A stretch of DNA of 64,000 bases, taken from assembly GCA_050951325.1 (NCBI GenBank), contig JBMNIW010000001.1, forward strand, positions 335,567 through 399,566, read 5' to 3'. This stretch comes from Clostridia bacterium. GTDB lineage: Bacteria; Bacillota; Clostridia; UBA1212; DUPL01. Shown here piece after piece: positions 19,655-29,334 of this stretch. Below the pieces are notes generated by a model. That model was not told where the DNA came from. It worked only from the letters and a program-made list of their open reading frames with translations, and searched no databases. Position 1 is the stretch's first letter. Each line of letters starts with the position of its first letter. Both the position numbers and the translations under genes were made by a program.

Positions 19655-21067
19655 TCATCCATCGGTTTGGTTTTTCAGCAGTATGCTGATAAGCTCTGCA
19701 CGGCTTGAAACATCGTATTTGGAGAATATACTTCTTGCGTGTGTCTTAACGGTATTCTCGCTTATGTACAAAACCTCTGCAATTTCGCGGTTGGATTTGC
19801 CCATGAGAAGAAGCTGCAATACCTCCTGCTCTCGAGCAGTCAGAGGGTCAAGAGTTTTTATCTGATTAACATTGTTTGTCTGCTGTGTCTGACTCATATT
19901 GTCATAGGCGGCAAGGTAGGCGTGGCTTTTCAAAAGCAAAACGAGCTGCTGGTTCAGCGGCGTCAGTATAACCAGTGTAACACAAACCACACTAAGAGCT
20001 ATCACCGCCACCTCTGCGCCGGGCAGCTTTATAGATGTTACGACCATTCCCAAAACCCCTCCGCTAAGGACACCAAATACATTTGCGGAAAGCCCAACGC
20101 CAAAAATATGTGCAGGGTTACTACTGTAATCCAGCATTTCTCCAAGGATACTCCACCAGAACAGGTCAAAAATACCGCAAGCACCAAGCATCAGCGTATC
20201 CACAATAAGATAATCAACAGTTTTGCGCCCAAGCAGCATAAAGCAGATAAACGCTCCCATAATCATGGCCATTCCGACATACATAATTCTGGAACGGTTT
20301 GCTTTCGTAGGCAGGTTGCGCATGATAGCAAGTACCACAATATACGGCAAGGCCCAATACCAGCTCACCAGTCCTGTCAGATGGTCAAAAGCAGGATTGA
20401 TAACCTCATACATCAGCCCGGAATTGATCGTAATGATGAAGACAAAAAGACACAACAGCAGTAACGGCTTTAAAATGCTGACAGAAGTCTTGTTAATTGA
20501 TGCTTTGTTCTGCTCAACAACCTTTACCACCGGAAGCATGAATATGAAAATCATGCCGATAATCAGGCAAAGCACAGCCAGGCTTAATCCAATAAACGGT
20601 GAGCGATTCATTGCTACCACGTTTACTGCAATCATCAGCAGATTGGAATAAATAAGGACATCAGCACAGGACTTTATGCGTTCGGTCTTGGGGGTAAAAG
20701 CTCTAAGGAAAAATCCCCATGCCGCCACTGAACAGCCGCTAAAGTATGCACTAAAAATCAATCCTCCCAGCCACAGAAAAGAGGGAGTAAAGAAGAAGGG
20801 TACGGTAGCAGCAAGACAAACACCCATGCCAGCGAGCATCATGTTTTTGGCAGATTTCAGAGTTCTGATAAACAGACCACAGGTGAGAAGTCCAAGAAAA
20901 TGAGCAATCATGGAAGCCAATACGTAAGTAGAGCCGTTAACCCCATGCCTTTCCAGCAGGATATAAAGTATCTGTCCCTCAAACAGAAAAGACAGCAGAT
21001 ACGCAAAGGAAAATGAAAATGCCGCAATGGAAAGCCTGCGGGGATTCAATAATTTATGTCCGTTCAT
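19655..21067 (-). CDS. Membrane-embedded one-component regulator (~12 TM MFS-like domain plus LuxR HTH)
   Basis: About 12 hydrophobic segments then LTAREQEVL..LLMGKSNREIA..LYISENTVKTH. Confidence 0.88.
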   Translation of the reverse strand: MNGHKLLNPRRLSIAAFSFSFAYLLSFLFEGQILYILLERHGVNGSTYVLASMIAHFLGLLTCGLFIRTLKSAKNMMLAGMGVCLAATVPFFFTPSFLWLGGLIFSAYFSGCSVAAWGFFLRAFTPKTERIKSCADVLIYSNLLMIAVNVVAMNRSPFIGLSLAVLCLIIGMIFIFMLPVVKVVEQNKASINKTSVSILKPLLLLCLFVFIITINSGLMYEVINPAFDHLTGLVSWYWALPYIVVLAIMRNLPTKANRSRIMYVGMAMIMGAFICFMLLGRKTVDYLIVDTLMLGACGIFDLFWWSILGEMLDYSSNPAHIFGVGLSANVFGVLSGGVLGMVVTSIKLPGAEVAVIALSVVCVTLVILTPLNQQLVLLLKSHAYLAAYDNMSQTQQTNNVNQIKTLDPLTAREQEVLQLLLMGKSNREIAEVLYISENTVKTHARSIFSKYDVSSRAELISILLKNQTDG

Positions 21068-21293
21068 ATAATAATCTCCATCTCAACGAAGGTTAGTTCT
21101 AATTATACATTTGCAAAAATCATTTGTCAATTAGCAAGCTTTCTTTGCGTTTCTGCAGGTATAACAGACATTACATATTGCCAATTATCCCTCCAACATG
21201 TTCTTGCATACTAAAGTTAATTCCGATATGCCACCTCTCTTCCAAAAAAAAAGCACATCATCTCCAACTTTAGGTCTGACACTTTCATCAAAA

Positions 21294-21632
21294 CTATTGC
21301 TTAGTTTTGCAGGAATTGTCCAAAATCATAAAAAATCCGTCTTTTATCTTTATCTTGCGATATGAAGGAAACTCCAACTCCATCTGCTTTATTTCCTCTT
21401 CATCTTTGTCATATTCTCTATATACAGATCTTTCCACATACTTACCTCTAACAGAACAAAACACTTCCTCATCAAGCGGAAGACACATAAAAGCATCAAA
21501 GTTTCTGCCTTCTGAATCCGTAATGCCAAACTTGTCACAAGTGACAAAGCCTACCTTGGGGTAGTAGGTAGGTTCGCCAACAATAACAACTCCTGAATAA
21601 CCAGCCTCTTTGTTAATCAACTGGTGTTTCAC
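21294..21632 (-). pseudogene. C-terminal half of a GNAT acetyltransferase
   Basis: GYSGVVIVGEPTYYPKVGF; N-terminal half absent. Confidence 0.65.
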
Positions 21633-21722
21633 GCCTGATAATCAATTTGCTCATTATCTAACCTCCGATTTCACCCAATGCTTCTCTGATATGAGTTGCC
21701 ACTTCTTAGTGCCTGAAAACAA

Positions 21723-21761
21723 ACAAGTCACTCTACACAAATATTGCATAGAGTGACTTGT
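21723..21761 (-). terminator. Hairpin after PTPS-like gene
   Basis: acaagtcactcta...tagagtgacttgt. Confidence 0.65.
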
Positions 21762-21784
21762 AAAGGTCAAATCATCATTTCAGC

Positions 21785-22348
21785 CTATTTCTTGTATCCA
21801 CATTTTGGGCATACACCGTTCTCGTTCAATGTGACTCCGCACAACGGACAGCGATCTAAATTCTTATTAGGCTCGTACTCTTCTGTAGCCCCATTTACTT
21901 CACTCGTAAATGTAATCTTCACGATGTTCAGCTTGTCCTTAAGAAGGTCATATACGATTTTAATCATCCCTTCTACTGTCATCGTTTCTTTTGTGACTTC
22001 CAAACGACACTCCGGATATGCAGTAGCAAGCTCCGTCTTAAAGGCAGGTCCTTTTTGCATGTTGTTTGGTGCACCATCCTTAATACCTTGTGCTTCATAA
22101 ACACTGAGAATCGCAGGGAGCAACGGATCATCTTCTCTTAAAACCAACGCATGGTCGAAGTTCTGTAAGACTTCCCAAGCAATTTTATTGATTTCATTGC
22201 ATGGATACACCATGTTGACACCCATGTTTACAGTATCTTCAACCTCAATCGTCAGTATTCCCGTATGTCCGTGCAAATACTGTGCCTCGCCCTTGAACCC
22301 ATAGAATCTGTGTGCATATTGCAGTTCTAATGTTGTGAAACTTCTCAT
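21785..22348 (-). CDS. 6-pyruvoyl/6-carboxy-tetrahydropterin synthase (QueD/PTPS)-like protein with C-terminal zinc ribbon
   Basis: AHR...LHGH, FDHAL, TVEGM; terminal CPLCG..CPKCG. Confidence 0.8.
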   Translation of the reverse strand: MRSFTTLELQYAHRFYGFKGEAQYLHGHTGILTIEVEDTVNMGVNMVYPCNEINKIAWEVLQNFDHALVLREDDPLLPAILSVYEAQGIKDGAPNNMQKGPAFKTELATAYPECRLEVTKETMTVEGMIKIVYDLLKDKLNIVKITFTSEVNGATEEYEPNKNLDRCPLCGVTLNENGVCPKCGYKK

Positions 22349-22414
22349 ACAATTAATGCTAAGCTAAATGTACCATTTCTAATAGTAATATACAAACACC
22401 GTGGAAAATTTTTT

Positions 22415-23035
22415 CTAACTACACCTTTTTAAATCAATATTGATGACATGTTCTGCCCACAATGAAATTGCTGCATTTGATCTTTCTGTGATTGCTTTAT
22501 GGTAAAGCTGGTATCCAGTCTTATCGTAATCTCTCAAATACGAAATGGATCTTTTGCTTCCGAAGTAAAACAAATCTCGCAGCTGAAAATAATCGGCAAG
22601 GCTTTCAGATAGAAATGCAACTGCCCTGTAGTTTCCTTCATCATCGTTCTTTTCTGCTCTACGCATCGTCTTTTTTATCCAGGAAATGATAAACTGTTTT
22701 TCTTCCATTGAAGTAATGGAATGGTCTTTCACATACTCCTGAACTCTCGTCTTTAAGTTTTCAGCAATGTATTCTGTATCCAAAACAATATCCCCGTTAA
22801 AAACTGCGATAAATTTGTCAATATTCTTGCTCTGGATTTCCTTTTTGGTATATATAAAGCAGTCAAGCTGGATGCCGTTGATAACAGAATCATCATGCTT
22901 TCTGCTTTTTTCCTCTACTATGATCATACAGTCGAAATCACTGTATTCGTCATTTGTGCCGGACGCATAGGACCCATATACAACTATTGCCAGCGGGTTA
23001 TATTCTTTTTTTAAATATTCAATAATCTTATACAT
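22415..23035 (-). CDS. Nucleotidyltransferase-domain protein (Pol beta superfamily)
   Basis: YGSYASG...SDFDC motif. Confidence 0.85.
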   Translation of the reverse strand: MYKIIEYLKKEYNPLAIVVYGSYASGTNDEYSDFDCMIIVEEKSRKHDDSVINGIQLDCFIYTKKEIQSKNIDKFIAVFNGDIVLDTEYIAENLKTRVQEYVKDHSITSMEEKQFIISWIKKTMRRAEKNDDEGNYRAVAFLSESLADYFQLRDLFYFGSKRSISYLRDYDKTGYQLYHKAITERSNAAISLWAEHVINIDLKRCS

Positions 23036-23388
23036 TTACTCTAACTCCTAATATATTTTATCTCTATATATTTTTCATTTAAAAATGAATAGCAATTGTT
23101 TAAGTTGCATCAAAACCCTGCAATTAAGTACCACATTATGATTTTAAGTAGAATCCTGATAGTACTCATGTTTAATCTCCATTTCTGCGTATCTTATTTC
23201 CCAGAACAATGGTATAATGATTATTCCAAGGCAGCCAACCCATTAAACAACAATTACATATTTTCACCAGGATGGTCTATTCGGGAAAATATGAGACCAA
23301 TTAATAAGATTGGCAGGATAAAACTCCAACTGCATGGATGCTCACTTCCTTGCGTAAAAGGCGTTTTCAATTCCTTGTTTTTCCCCTT

Positions 23389-23853
23389 TTATTCTTTGAA
23401 ATTGATGTATTTACTGATTATCTCACCATAGAACCTCACAGCACCTTGAATTTCACTTTCAGTAGGATGCCCCTTGCTAATTCCACCAACAAGCTTGAAA
23501 GGTCCATATGTATCATATCCCTTGCAGTAATAAGTGCCAAGAACATTACAATTTTTCTTAGATAGAATTCTCTTTATGCTTTTTGCATAATCCGGCCCTG
23601 TTTTTCCGCAGGTATACATAAGAAAAACATTTTTGCCTTCAGGCATTTTATCTTTTGTTACTTGCAAAATTTCTTTGTAAAATCCGCCAAAGGCAACACC
23701 GGATGCAATACCAATAAGATCATATTCTTCCAGAGCAATAACATCTTCTTTTACATTGAGAAGTATGACATCTTGATATTCTTTCTTTATTTCATCACAA
23801 AGTCTTTTTGTATTTCCATGGTGCCAGGATTCATATAATATTGCTGTTTTCAT
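23389..23853 (-). CDS. Flavodoxin-family protein
   Basis: YESWHHGNTK; YDLIGIASG; CKGYDTYGPFKLVGG. Confidence 0.85.
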   Translation of the reverse strand: MKTAILYESWHHGNTKRLCDEIKKEYQDVILLNVKEDVIALEEYDLIGIASGVAFGGFYKEILQVTKDKMPEGKNVFLMYTCGKTGPDYAKSIKRILSKKNCNVLGTYYCKGYDTYGPFKLVGGISKGHPTESEIQGAVRFYGEIISKYINFKE

Positions 23854-23884
23854 CTTTATTCCCCCTATCCCTTGTTTCAAAAGT

Positions 23885-24808
23885 TTAATCAATGTATAAA
23901 AGCAAAGCCAAAACAGTATGATCAATTTTCATGTTTTCCTGTCGTCTCCAGTCATCGGATAGTTTCTGGCATTTAAAATTCTTGCCAAAGTTCCAAAAAC
24001 CATCTTTATTCCTTTTGTCTTTCAGACAGCGTAGTTCTTCTTCAAATTCTTTTTTGAAGCAGGGAAATTTGGAAAGAAGTAAATACACCTTGTACAACTC
24101 AGAAAAATTGTTATCAAAGCCATGATTTAGTACAACATTTGTATAGCGAACAACCTGTCCATTATGATGCAGCCATCTAAGGTAATTTAGTTTCAACTCA
24201 TCACTTATTTCAGCTTGCATGTTGCCGAACAACTCAATAAGATATATTGAGTTGAGCCCAATATAACTTCCATCAATATCACAACCCAATAAATCTTTTG
24301 ATATCTTGTTTGTTCTATCCTTGTTATACTCACCATTCTCAAATGCTTCTTTTAAAATAGCATGCCAGCAATTGAAAATGTCCTTAAACTCCATGCAATT
24401 TGAACCAAATATTGAGAGTTTGGTTGCAACAAACAAAGGTTGAGCAGATCTGTACCATCGATTTTTTTCAAATCCATCCGGCCAATCAATTTCATTCCTT
24501 AATATTTTCTCCATATAGTCACATGATTTATCAACCAACGAATTGCCACGTCGAAGATCCAGCATTTTCATAGAATTAAGTGCTGTTTCTGTCGTTGAAA
24601 ATTTCTGCTTTGTTTTTGAGTCGCGGGAATGAAACCTTCCATATCCACCATCATCGAGCTGGTTTGCTTTCAATAATTCAACCCACTTGCTATTATAGAA
24701 TTCAGTAAACAGTTCAGAGTCAATTTCTTGCTTGAGTATTCTTCTAATTCTGTATCTAACCGCAGCACAAGGAGATAATTCCTGAATTTGGTCAATTACG
24801 TTGAACAT
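23885..24808 (-). CDS. Hypothetical protein, possible alpha/alpha-toroid (terpene cyclase-like repeats)
   Basis: NQLDDGGYG and RNKDGFWNFG resemble QW repeats. Confidence 0.55.
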   Translation of the reverse strand: MFNVIDQIQELSPCAAVRYRIRRILKQEIDSELFTEFYNSKWVELLKANQLDDGGYGRFHSRDSKTKQKFSTTETALNSMKMLDLRRGNSLVDKSCDYMEKILRNEIDWPDGFEKNRWYRSAQPLFVATKLSIFGSNCMEFKDIFNCWHAILKEAFENGEYNKDRTNKISKDLLGCDIDGSYIGLNSIYLIELFGNMQAEISDELKLNYLRWLHHNGQVVRYTNVVLNHGFDNNFSELYKVYLLLSKFPCFKKEFEEELRCLKDKRNKDGFWNFGKNFKCQKLSDDWRRQENMKIDHTVLALLLYID

Positions 24809-24874
24809 GCTTAAGCCTACTTCCTTTCCTGGTCAAAACAACCACCAACAGCATTTACCATGCATGCATTGTAC

Positions 24875-25351
24875 TTACAATTCTTTAATCATAATCAAGC
24901 AAGGATTTTCAGAATCCCACATTTCAGTTAATGTTATTAATTCTTCGAAACCAACTTTTTTATAAAACAGCCTTGTTCTTTCGTAGGGTTCATATTCCAC
25001 AATATCGCTTAGCGTTTTTACAATTATGTACTTGCAATTATTGTTCTTTAGATACTCTTCTGCTTTAGCCAACAATAATCTTCCTATGCCTCTACCCTGA
25101 TATTCAGGCAATACTCCAAAAACATAGATATCGCCCGTATGACCATAATGAATCTTTATAGAAATAAAACCAATGCATTTGTCTTCATGATCCAAGGCAG
25201 CCCAAAATGGCAGAGATGTCACACCATCTACAAACTCAACAAGTGCTTTCTCATTTCCAAACCATTCTGGCAAATATCTCATGACCTCTTCTGCAAACTG
25301 CCCTTTCTTTTTTGAATCCTTCACTTCAACTATACTTATATCCACTTCCAC
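24875..25351 (-). CDS. GNAT N-acetyltransferase
   Basis: VLPEYQGRGIGRLLL; FYKKVGF. Confidence 0.9.
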   Translation of the reverse strand: MEVDISIVEVKDSKKKGQFAEEVMRYLPEWFGNEKALVEFVDGVTSLPFWAALDHEDKCIGFISIKIHYGHTGDIYVFGVLPEYQGRGIGRLLLAKAEEYLKNNNCKYIIVKTLSDIVEYEPYERTRLFYKKVGFEELITLTEMWDSENPCLIMIKEL

Positions 25352-25376
25352 ATTCCTCCCTGTTTTTAAATCATCA

Positions 25377-25727
25377 TTATGCAGGCTTAATAATCCCTTC
25401 TCCAGAAAGAGCTTCGAATGTATTTACTGCTCCACCATACTCGACAATCTTCCCATCCATAAGCCTATCAATATCAACACCTGTCATTCGCAGCTTCTTT
25501 CCCGTGGGCTTCATGCCCAGCCATTCACCCAGATGCGTACCCTCCATGACAAACTCCGAGATTACTGTATCGCCATCGATATATTGGCGGATAATTGTCA
25601 TCTTCAAGTCCGGGTAAGTTTTCCTAACCTCAATTAGATGTTGTTTCATTCCCTCTACGCCTGCCGGAAAAACGTCATTACCTATTCTAATAACATAGAA
25701 ATGCTTGACTTTTTCCTTATAACCCAT
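25377..25727 (-). pseudogene. SnoaL-like ester cyclase, apparently with internal N-terminal deletion
   Basis: YPDL...DGDTV...GTHLGEWLGMKPTGK; only 116 aa. Confidence 0.6.
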
Positions 25728-26119
25728 ATTCCTGTTCCTGCAATGATTTATTTGCTTACTAGATAATAGATTCTACCAGTATTAACCTGATTACTCAACA
25801 TCGAAAAATCCGAGTACCAAATGAATGGTTCATTTTTGGTTTTCCAAACATTCATCAAGGATTAATCACACCCAAAAAGATAATCACGAACTTTCATGAA
25901 TGATTATTGATTAACCTGATAGCCTAAAACGATTTTTAGAAACTTGTTAGATATGAAACAATGAACATAAGAGCATGAAAACAGCTGCGTAACTTCTTCT
26001 TTCCGTCGGATACCTCTGTGAGAATAGACAACTTGGATATAGTCCAGCAAATCCAGTAAAATCAAGCCTTATAGCCCGCCAACAGCTCTGTCTAAACATA
26101 TTTTCAAACTATAAGGTTT

Positions 26120-26686
26120 TCAGTATCTGTCCCCATATATCTTGCGAGCCTCAGATGTCCATCTGTAAATGAAGTCCGTTTTTGCATCTGTATAAGCATC
26201 TCTGTTATGCTCGTACTTCTTCCATAATCCAAGTTTTAAGTTCTCATATTCTTTAGCAATTTTGGGATGCTCATTCAAATAATCTCTGAAAAACAGTTCG
26301 TCATTGTCTCCTGTGTATCTTAGATGAATGTGATAAACTTTATCAGCAAACCCATCCTTTGTATACCCTTTATTGAATGAAACCCTTTTATCATCTGCAG
26401 ACATTCTAATAAATCCACTCTTTTCTATCACTTGAGCTACTTCCACAATGTCAGTGTAAGTAGGTATTTCAATCAGCACATCAACAATGTCCTTCGCCCA
26501 TATACCCTGTATAGCAGTGCTTCCTATATGACTGATTCTATCGATAGGATAGTCTACCAGCACCTTCTGCAGAAATTCCTCTATCTCTATATAATACCCG
26601 GACCACTTTTCATCATGTTCAACAAGAAATATTGGAAAAAGCTCCCACAGCTCTTCCAATGTCATCTCCGAAAGTTCCTTTTCCAT
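26120..26686 (-). CDS. GrpB family protein
   Basis: HIGSTAI.G..AKDIVDVL; FRDYL; YTDAKTDFI. Confidence 0.9.
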   Translation of the reverse strand: MEKELSEMTLEELWELFPIFLVEHDEKWSGYYIEIEEFLQKVLVDYPIDRISHIGSTAIQGIWAKDIVDVLIEIPTYTDIVEVAQVIEKSGFIRMSADDKRVSFNKGYTKDGFADKVYHIHLRYTGDNDELFFRDYLNEHPKIAKEYENLKLGLWKKYEHNRDAYTDAKTDFIYRWTSEARKIYGDRY

Positions 26687-26896
26687 AATTCTCCTCAAAA
26701 AATCCTATTTGTTGGTCTTTATTCATAGCTCTCACTCTCAGTAAAACGAGTCAAGTTTCTTTCACTTGATACAATATAACATAAGCTTTTTATCTTTATC
26801 AAGCGTATAGCTATAAAAATATATTGAATAGGTTCAGAAAGAACTCGGTCATTTAAAATTACAACCTAGTTTGCATTTTCTTAAATCAATAACATA

Positions 26897-26925
26897 TTGA
26901 CACTTTTTAATTTGAAGCATATAAT
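26897..26925 (+). promoter_or_regulatory. Consensus sigma-A promoter of arsR
   Basis: TTGACA-17 bp-TATAAT. Confidence 0.9.
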
Positions 26926-26928
26926 GTA

Positions 26929-26952
26929 TCATATCAAGTATTTTGGATTTGA
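26929..26952. promoter_or_regulatory. Putative ArsR operator 1
   Basis: tcatatcaagtattttggatttga imperfect palindrome, repeated at 27315. Confidence 0.65.
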
Positions 26953-26961
26953 GGTGAGAAC

Positions 26962-27279
26962 ATAGTTACCACATATGATGATCAAGTAAAGGTATTCAAA
27001 GCCTTCAGCGATGAAAAGCGGCTGCGTATCCTTGAGTTACTTCGGAGCGGCGAAAAATGTGCCTGTGTTCTGATAGAGCAGCTTGATATGCCACAGTCTT
27101 CGTTGTCCTATCACATGAAAATTCTCTGTGAGTCTGGGATCGTGGACAGCAGACCTGAGGGAAAATGGATGTACTATAAAATAAGCGAAAAGGGTGGCGG
27201 AGAAGCTATGGCACTTTTGAGAGAGTTAATCACCCCAAATGCTATTGCTATGACTGAAGAAAGTAATTGTTGTCTGTAA
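26962..27279 (+). CDS. arsR: ArsR/SmtB repressor with ATA at the expected start position
   Basis: In-frame extension of ORF 27088: VFKAFSDEKRLRILELLRSGEKCACVL..LDMPQSSLSYHMKIL; GAGGTG RBS precedes ATA. Confidence 0.85.
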   Translation: MVTTYDDQVKVFKAFSDEKRLRILELLRSGEKCACVLIEQLDMPQSSLSYHMKILCESGIVDSRPEGKWMYYKISEKGGGEAMALLRELITPNAIAMTEESNCCL

Positions 27280-27281
27280 AG

Positions 27282-27307
27282 GCCATTTATTTAAAATGGC
27301 TTTTTTT
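27282..27307 (+). terminator. Terminator after arsR
   Basis: gccattt...aaatggc followed by T7. Confidence 0.65.
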
Positions 27308-27314
27308 AGATGCG

Positions 27315-27338
27315 ATACATCAAGTTTTTTGGATATGA
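27315..27338. promoter_or_regulatory. Putative ArsR operator 2
   Basis: atacatcaagttttttggatatga; 19/22 match to operator 1. Confidence 0.65.
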
Positions 27339-27367
27339 TTGTCCTTTTTTAGAAAGAAGGTTAACTT

Positions 27368-28381
27368 ATGCAAATACTAAAAACAATCTGGGATATTTTC
27401 CAGACGCAAATTCTCGGTATGAAATGGCTCAATGATTTAATTGGAAGCATGCTATCAGCTTTTGGGCTGGACACTACTAATCGCTGGGTAGGCAGCATTC
27501 ACTTTTTCATTTATGATGTTATCAAAATTGTAGTGCTATTATGTGTCTTAATTTTTATTATCAGTTATATTCAAAGCTACTTTCCTCCGGAGCGCAGTAA
27601 AAAGATCTTAGGACGGTTCCACGGGATTGGGGCAAATTCCGTTGCTGCCTTGCTTGGGACTGTAACACCCTTTTGCTCCTGCTCGTCTATTCCATTGTTT
27701 ATAGGTTTTACATCTGCAGGTTTACCTCTCGGAGTCACTTTTTCATTTTTGATTTCTTCACCGATGGTAGACCTGGGTTCTCTCGTTCTGCTAATGAGCA
27801 TATTTGGAACAGAAGTCGCCCTATTATATGTTATATTTGGACTTATCATAGCTGTGGTCGGAGGCACCATCATCGATAAGATGCGCATGGAAAAGTATGT
27901 GGAAAGCTTTATTTTATCTGCTGGCAGTGTTGATATTGAATCTCCTGAGCTTACAAAAAAAGAACGGCTCATTTATGCAAAGGAGCAAATGCTATCAACA
28001 TTTAAAAAGGTTTTCCCGTATATCTTAATTGGTGTCGGAATAGGCGCATTTATTCATAATTGGATACCCGATGAATGGGTGGTATCCCTGCTGGGAAGCA
28101 ACAACCCCTTCGGCGTAATATTAGCGACAGTTATTGGCGTACCGATGTACGCTGACATCTTTGGCACGATTCCGATTGCAGAAGCACTACTGGCCAAAGG
28201 GGCACAGTTGGGAACGGTGCTGGCGTTTATGATGGGAGTAACTACGTTGTCTCTACCATCTTTGATTATGCTTCGCAAGGCAATAAAGCCAAAACTGCTG
28301 GCACTGTTCATCGCCGTATGCACTGTAGGAATAATTATTGTCGGGTATTTATTCAACGCTTTACAAACGCTGATAATTTAG
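27368..28381 (+). CDS. ArsP/UPF0718-family permease
   Basis: TPFCSCSSIP; GVPMYAD; TLSLPS motifs. Confidence 0.9.
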   Translation: MQILKTIWDIFQTQILGMKWLNDLIGSMLSAFGLDTTNRWVGSIHFFIYDVIKIVVLLCVLIFIISYIQSYFPPERSKKILGRFHGIGANSVAALLGTVTPFCSCSSIPLFIGFTSAGLPLGVTFSFLISSPMVDLGSLVLLMSIFGTEVALLYVIFGLIIAVVGGTIIDKMRMEKYVESFILSAGSVDIESPELTKKERLIYAKEQMLSTFKKVFPYILIGVGIGAFIHNWIPDEWVVSLLGSNNPFGVILATVIGVPMYADIFGTIPIAEALLAKGAQLGTVLAFMMGVTTLSLPSLIMLRKAIKPKLLALFIAVCTVGIIIVGYLFNALQTLII

Positions 28382-28390
28382 GAGGGATAA

Positions 28391-28933
28391 ATGATGGCAA
28401 AAACATTAGGAAAATCCTGCTGCTCTTGCGGTTGTGGTGATGGTAAAAAAATGGTTCTTGTTGAATACCTTTACCTTGATCTTCAAACCTGTGAGCGGTG
28501 TATTGGGACAGACAGCGTTCTTGACGAAGTAATGCTGGTGCTTACTCCTGCCTTAAAACTTGCCGGTTTTACTGTCGAGTACAAGAAAATTGAAATGAAG
28601 ACGGTTGATATGGCTATTAAGCATCAATTTGTTTCATCACCAACAATTCGAGTCAACGGTCAAGACATCTGCAAATCAGTTGTCGAAAACAACTGTGGCT
28701 GCTGTAGTAACATCAGCAACACAGATGTGGAATGCCGTGTTTTTGAGTATAGTGGAAAGACCTACGAAATTCCACCAAAGGAAATGCTCGCAGAAGGCAT
28801 TCTTCAGCTTGTATTTAGTCAATACAATGCAGGGTATTCTCCAGATGAATATGAATTACCTGAAAATCTAAAAAATTTCTTCGACGGAAAGAAAACCAAA
28901 TCCGGATGTCATTGCGAAGGAAACTGCTGCTGA
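28391..28933 (+). CDS. DUF2703-like Cys-rich thioredoxin-fold protein
   Basis: YLDLQTCERCIGT; SSPTIRVNGQDI; terminal Cys clusters. Confidence 0.75.
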   Translation: MMAKTLGKSCCSCGCGDGKKMVLVEYLYLDLQTCERCIGTDSVLDEVMLVLTPALKLAGFTVEYKKIEMKTVDMAIKHQFVSSPTIRVNGQDICKSVVENNCGCCSNISNTDVECRVFEYSGKTYEIPPKEMLAEGILQLVFSQYNAGYSPDEYELPENLKNFFDGKKTKSGCHCEGNCC

Positions 28934-28979
28934 TAAATATGATAAGTTGGATTCTAATAATGATAAAGGAGATAAATTT

Positions 28980-29330
28980 ATGGCGTTGTTTGGAAAGAAA
29001 AATAAAAATGAAAAAAACACCTCCTGTTGCGGAGGTAGCTGTGATACTGAAAACATGGCAAAGGCTGAAAAAGCGAAAGCAGAGGGCGCAAGTGTTAAGG
29101 TGCTAGGAAGTGGCTGTGCGAAATGTAATCAACTTGAAGCTGCAACAAAAGCTGCGCTCGAACAACTGGGCATGGACGCAACAATCGATCATGTGACTGA
29201 TTTCGCACAAATTGCTGCTTACGGTGTGATGACTACTCCTGCTCTGGTTGTAGACGGAAAAGTTGTTTCATATGGCAAGGTTCTTAAGACTGATGAGGTT
29301 GTAAAGATACTGCATAAGGTCAGAGGATAA
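28980..29330 (+). CDS. Small redox-active disulfide protein (thioredoxin family)
   Basis: VKVLGSGCAKC; YGVMTTPALVVDG. Confidence 0.9.
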   Translation: MALFGKKNKNEKNTSCCGGSCDTENMAKAEKAKAEGASVKVLGSGCAKCNQLEAATKAALEQLGMDATIDHVTDFAQIAAYGVMTTPALVVDGKVVSYGKVLKTDEVVKILHKVRG

Positions 29331-29334
29331 ATAT

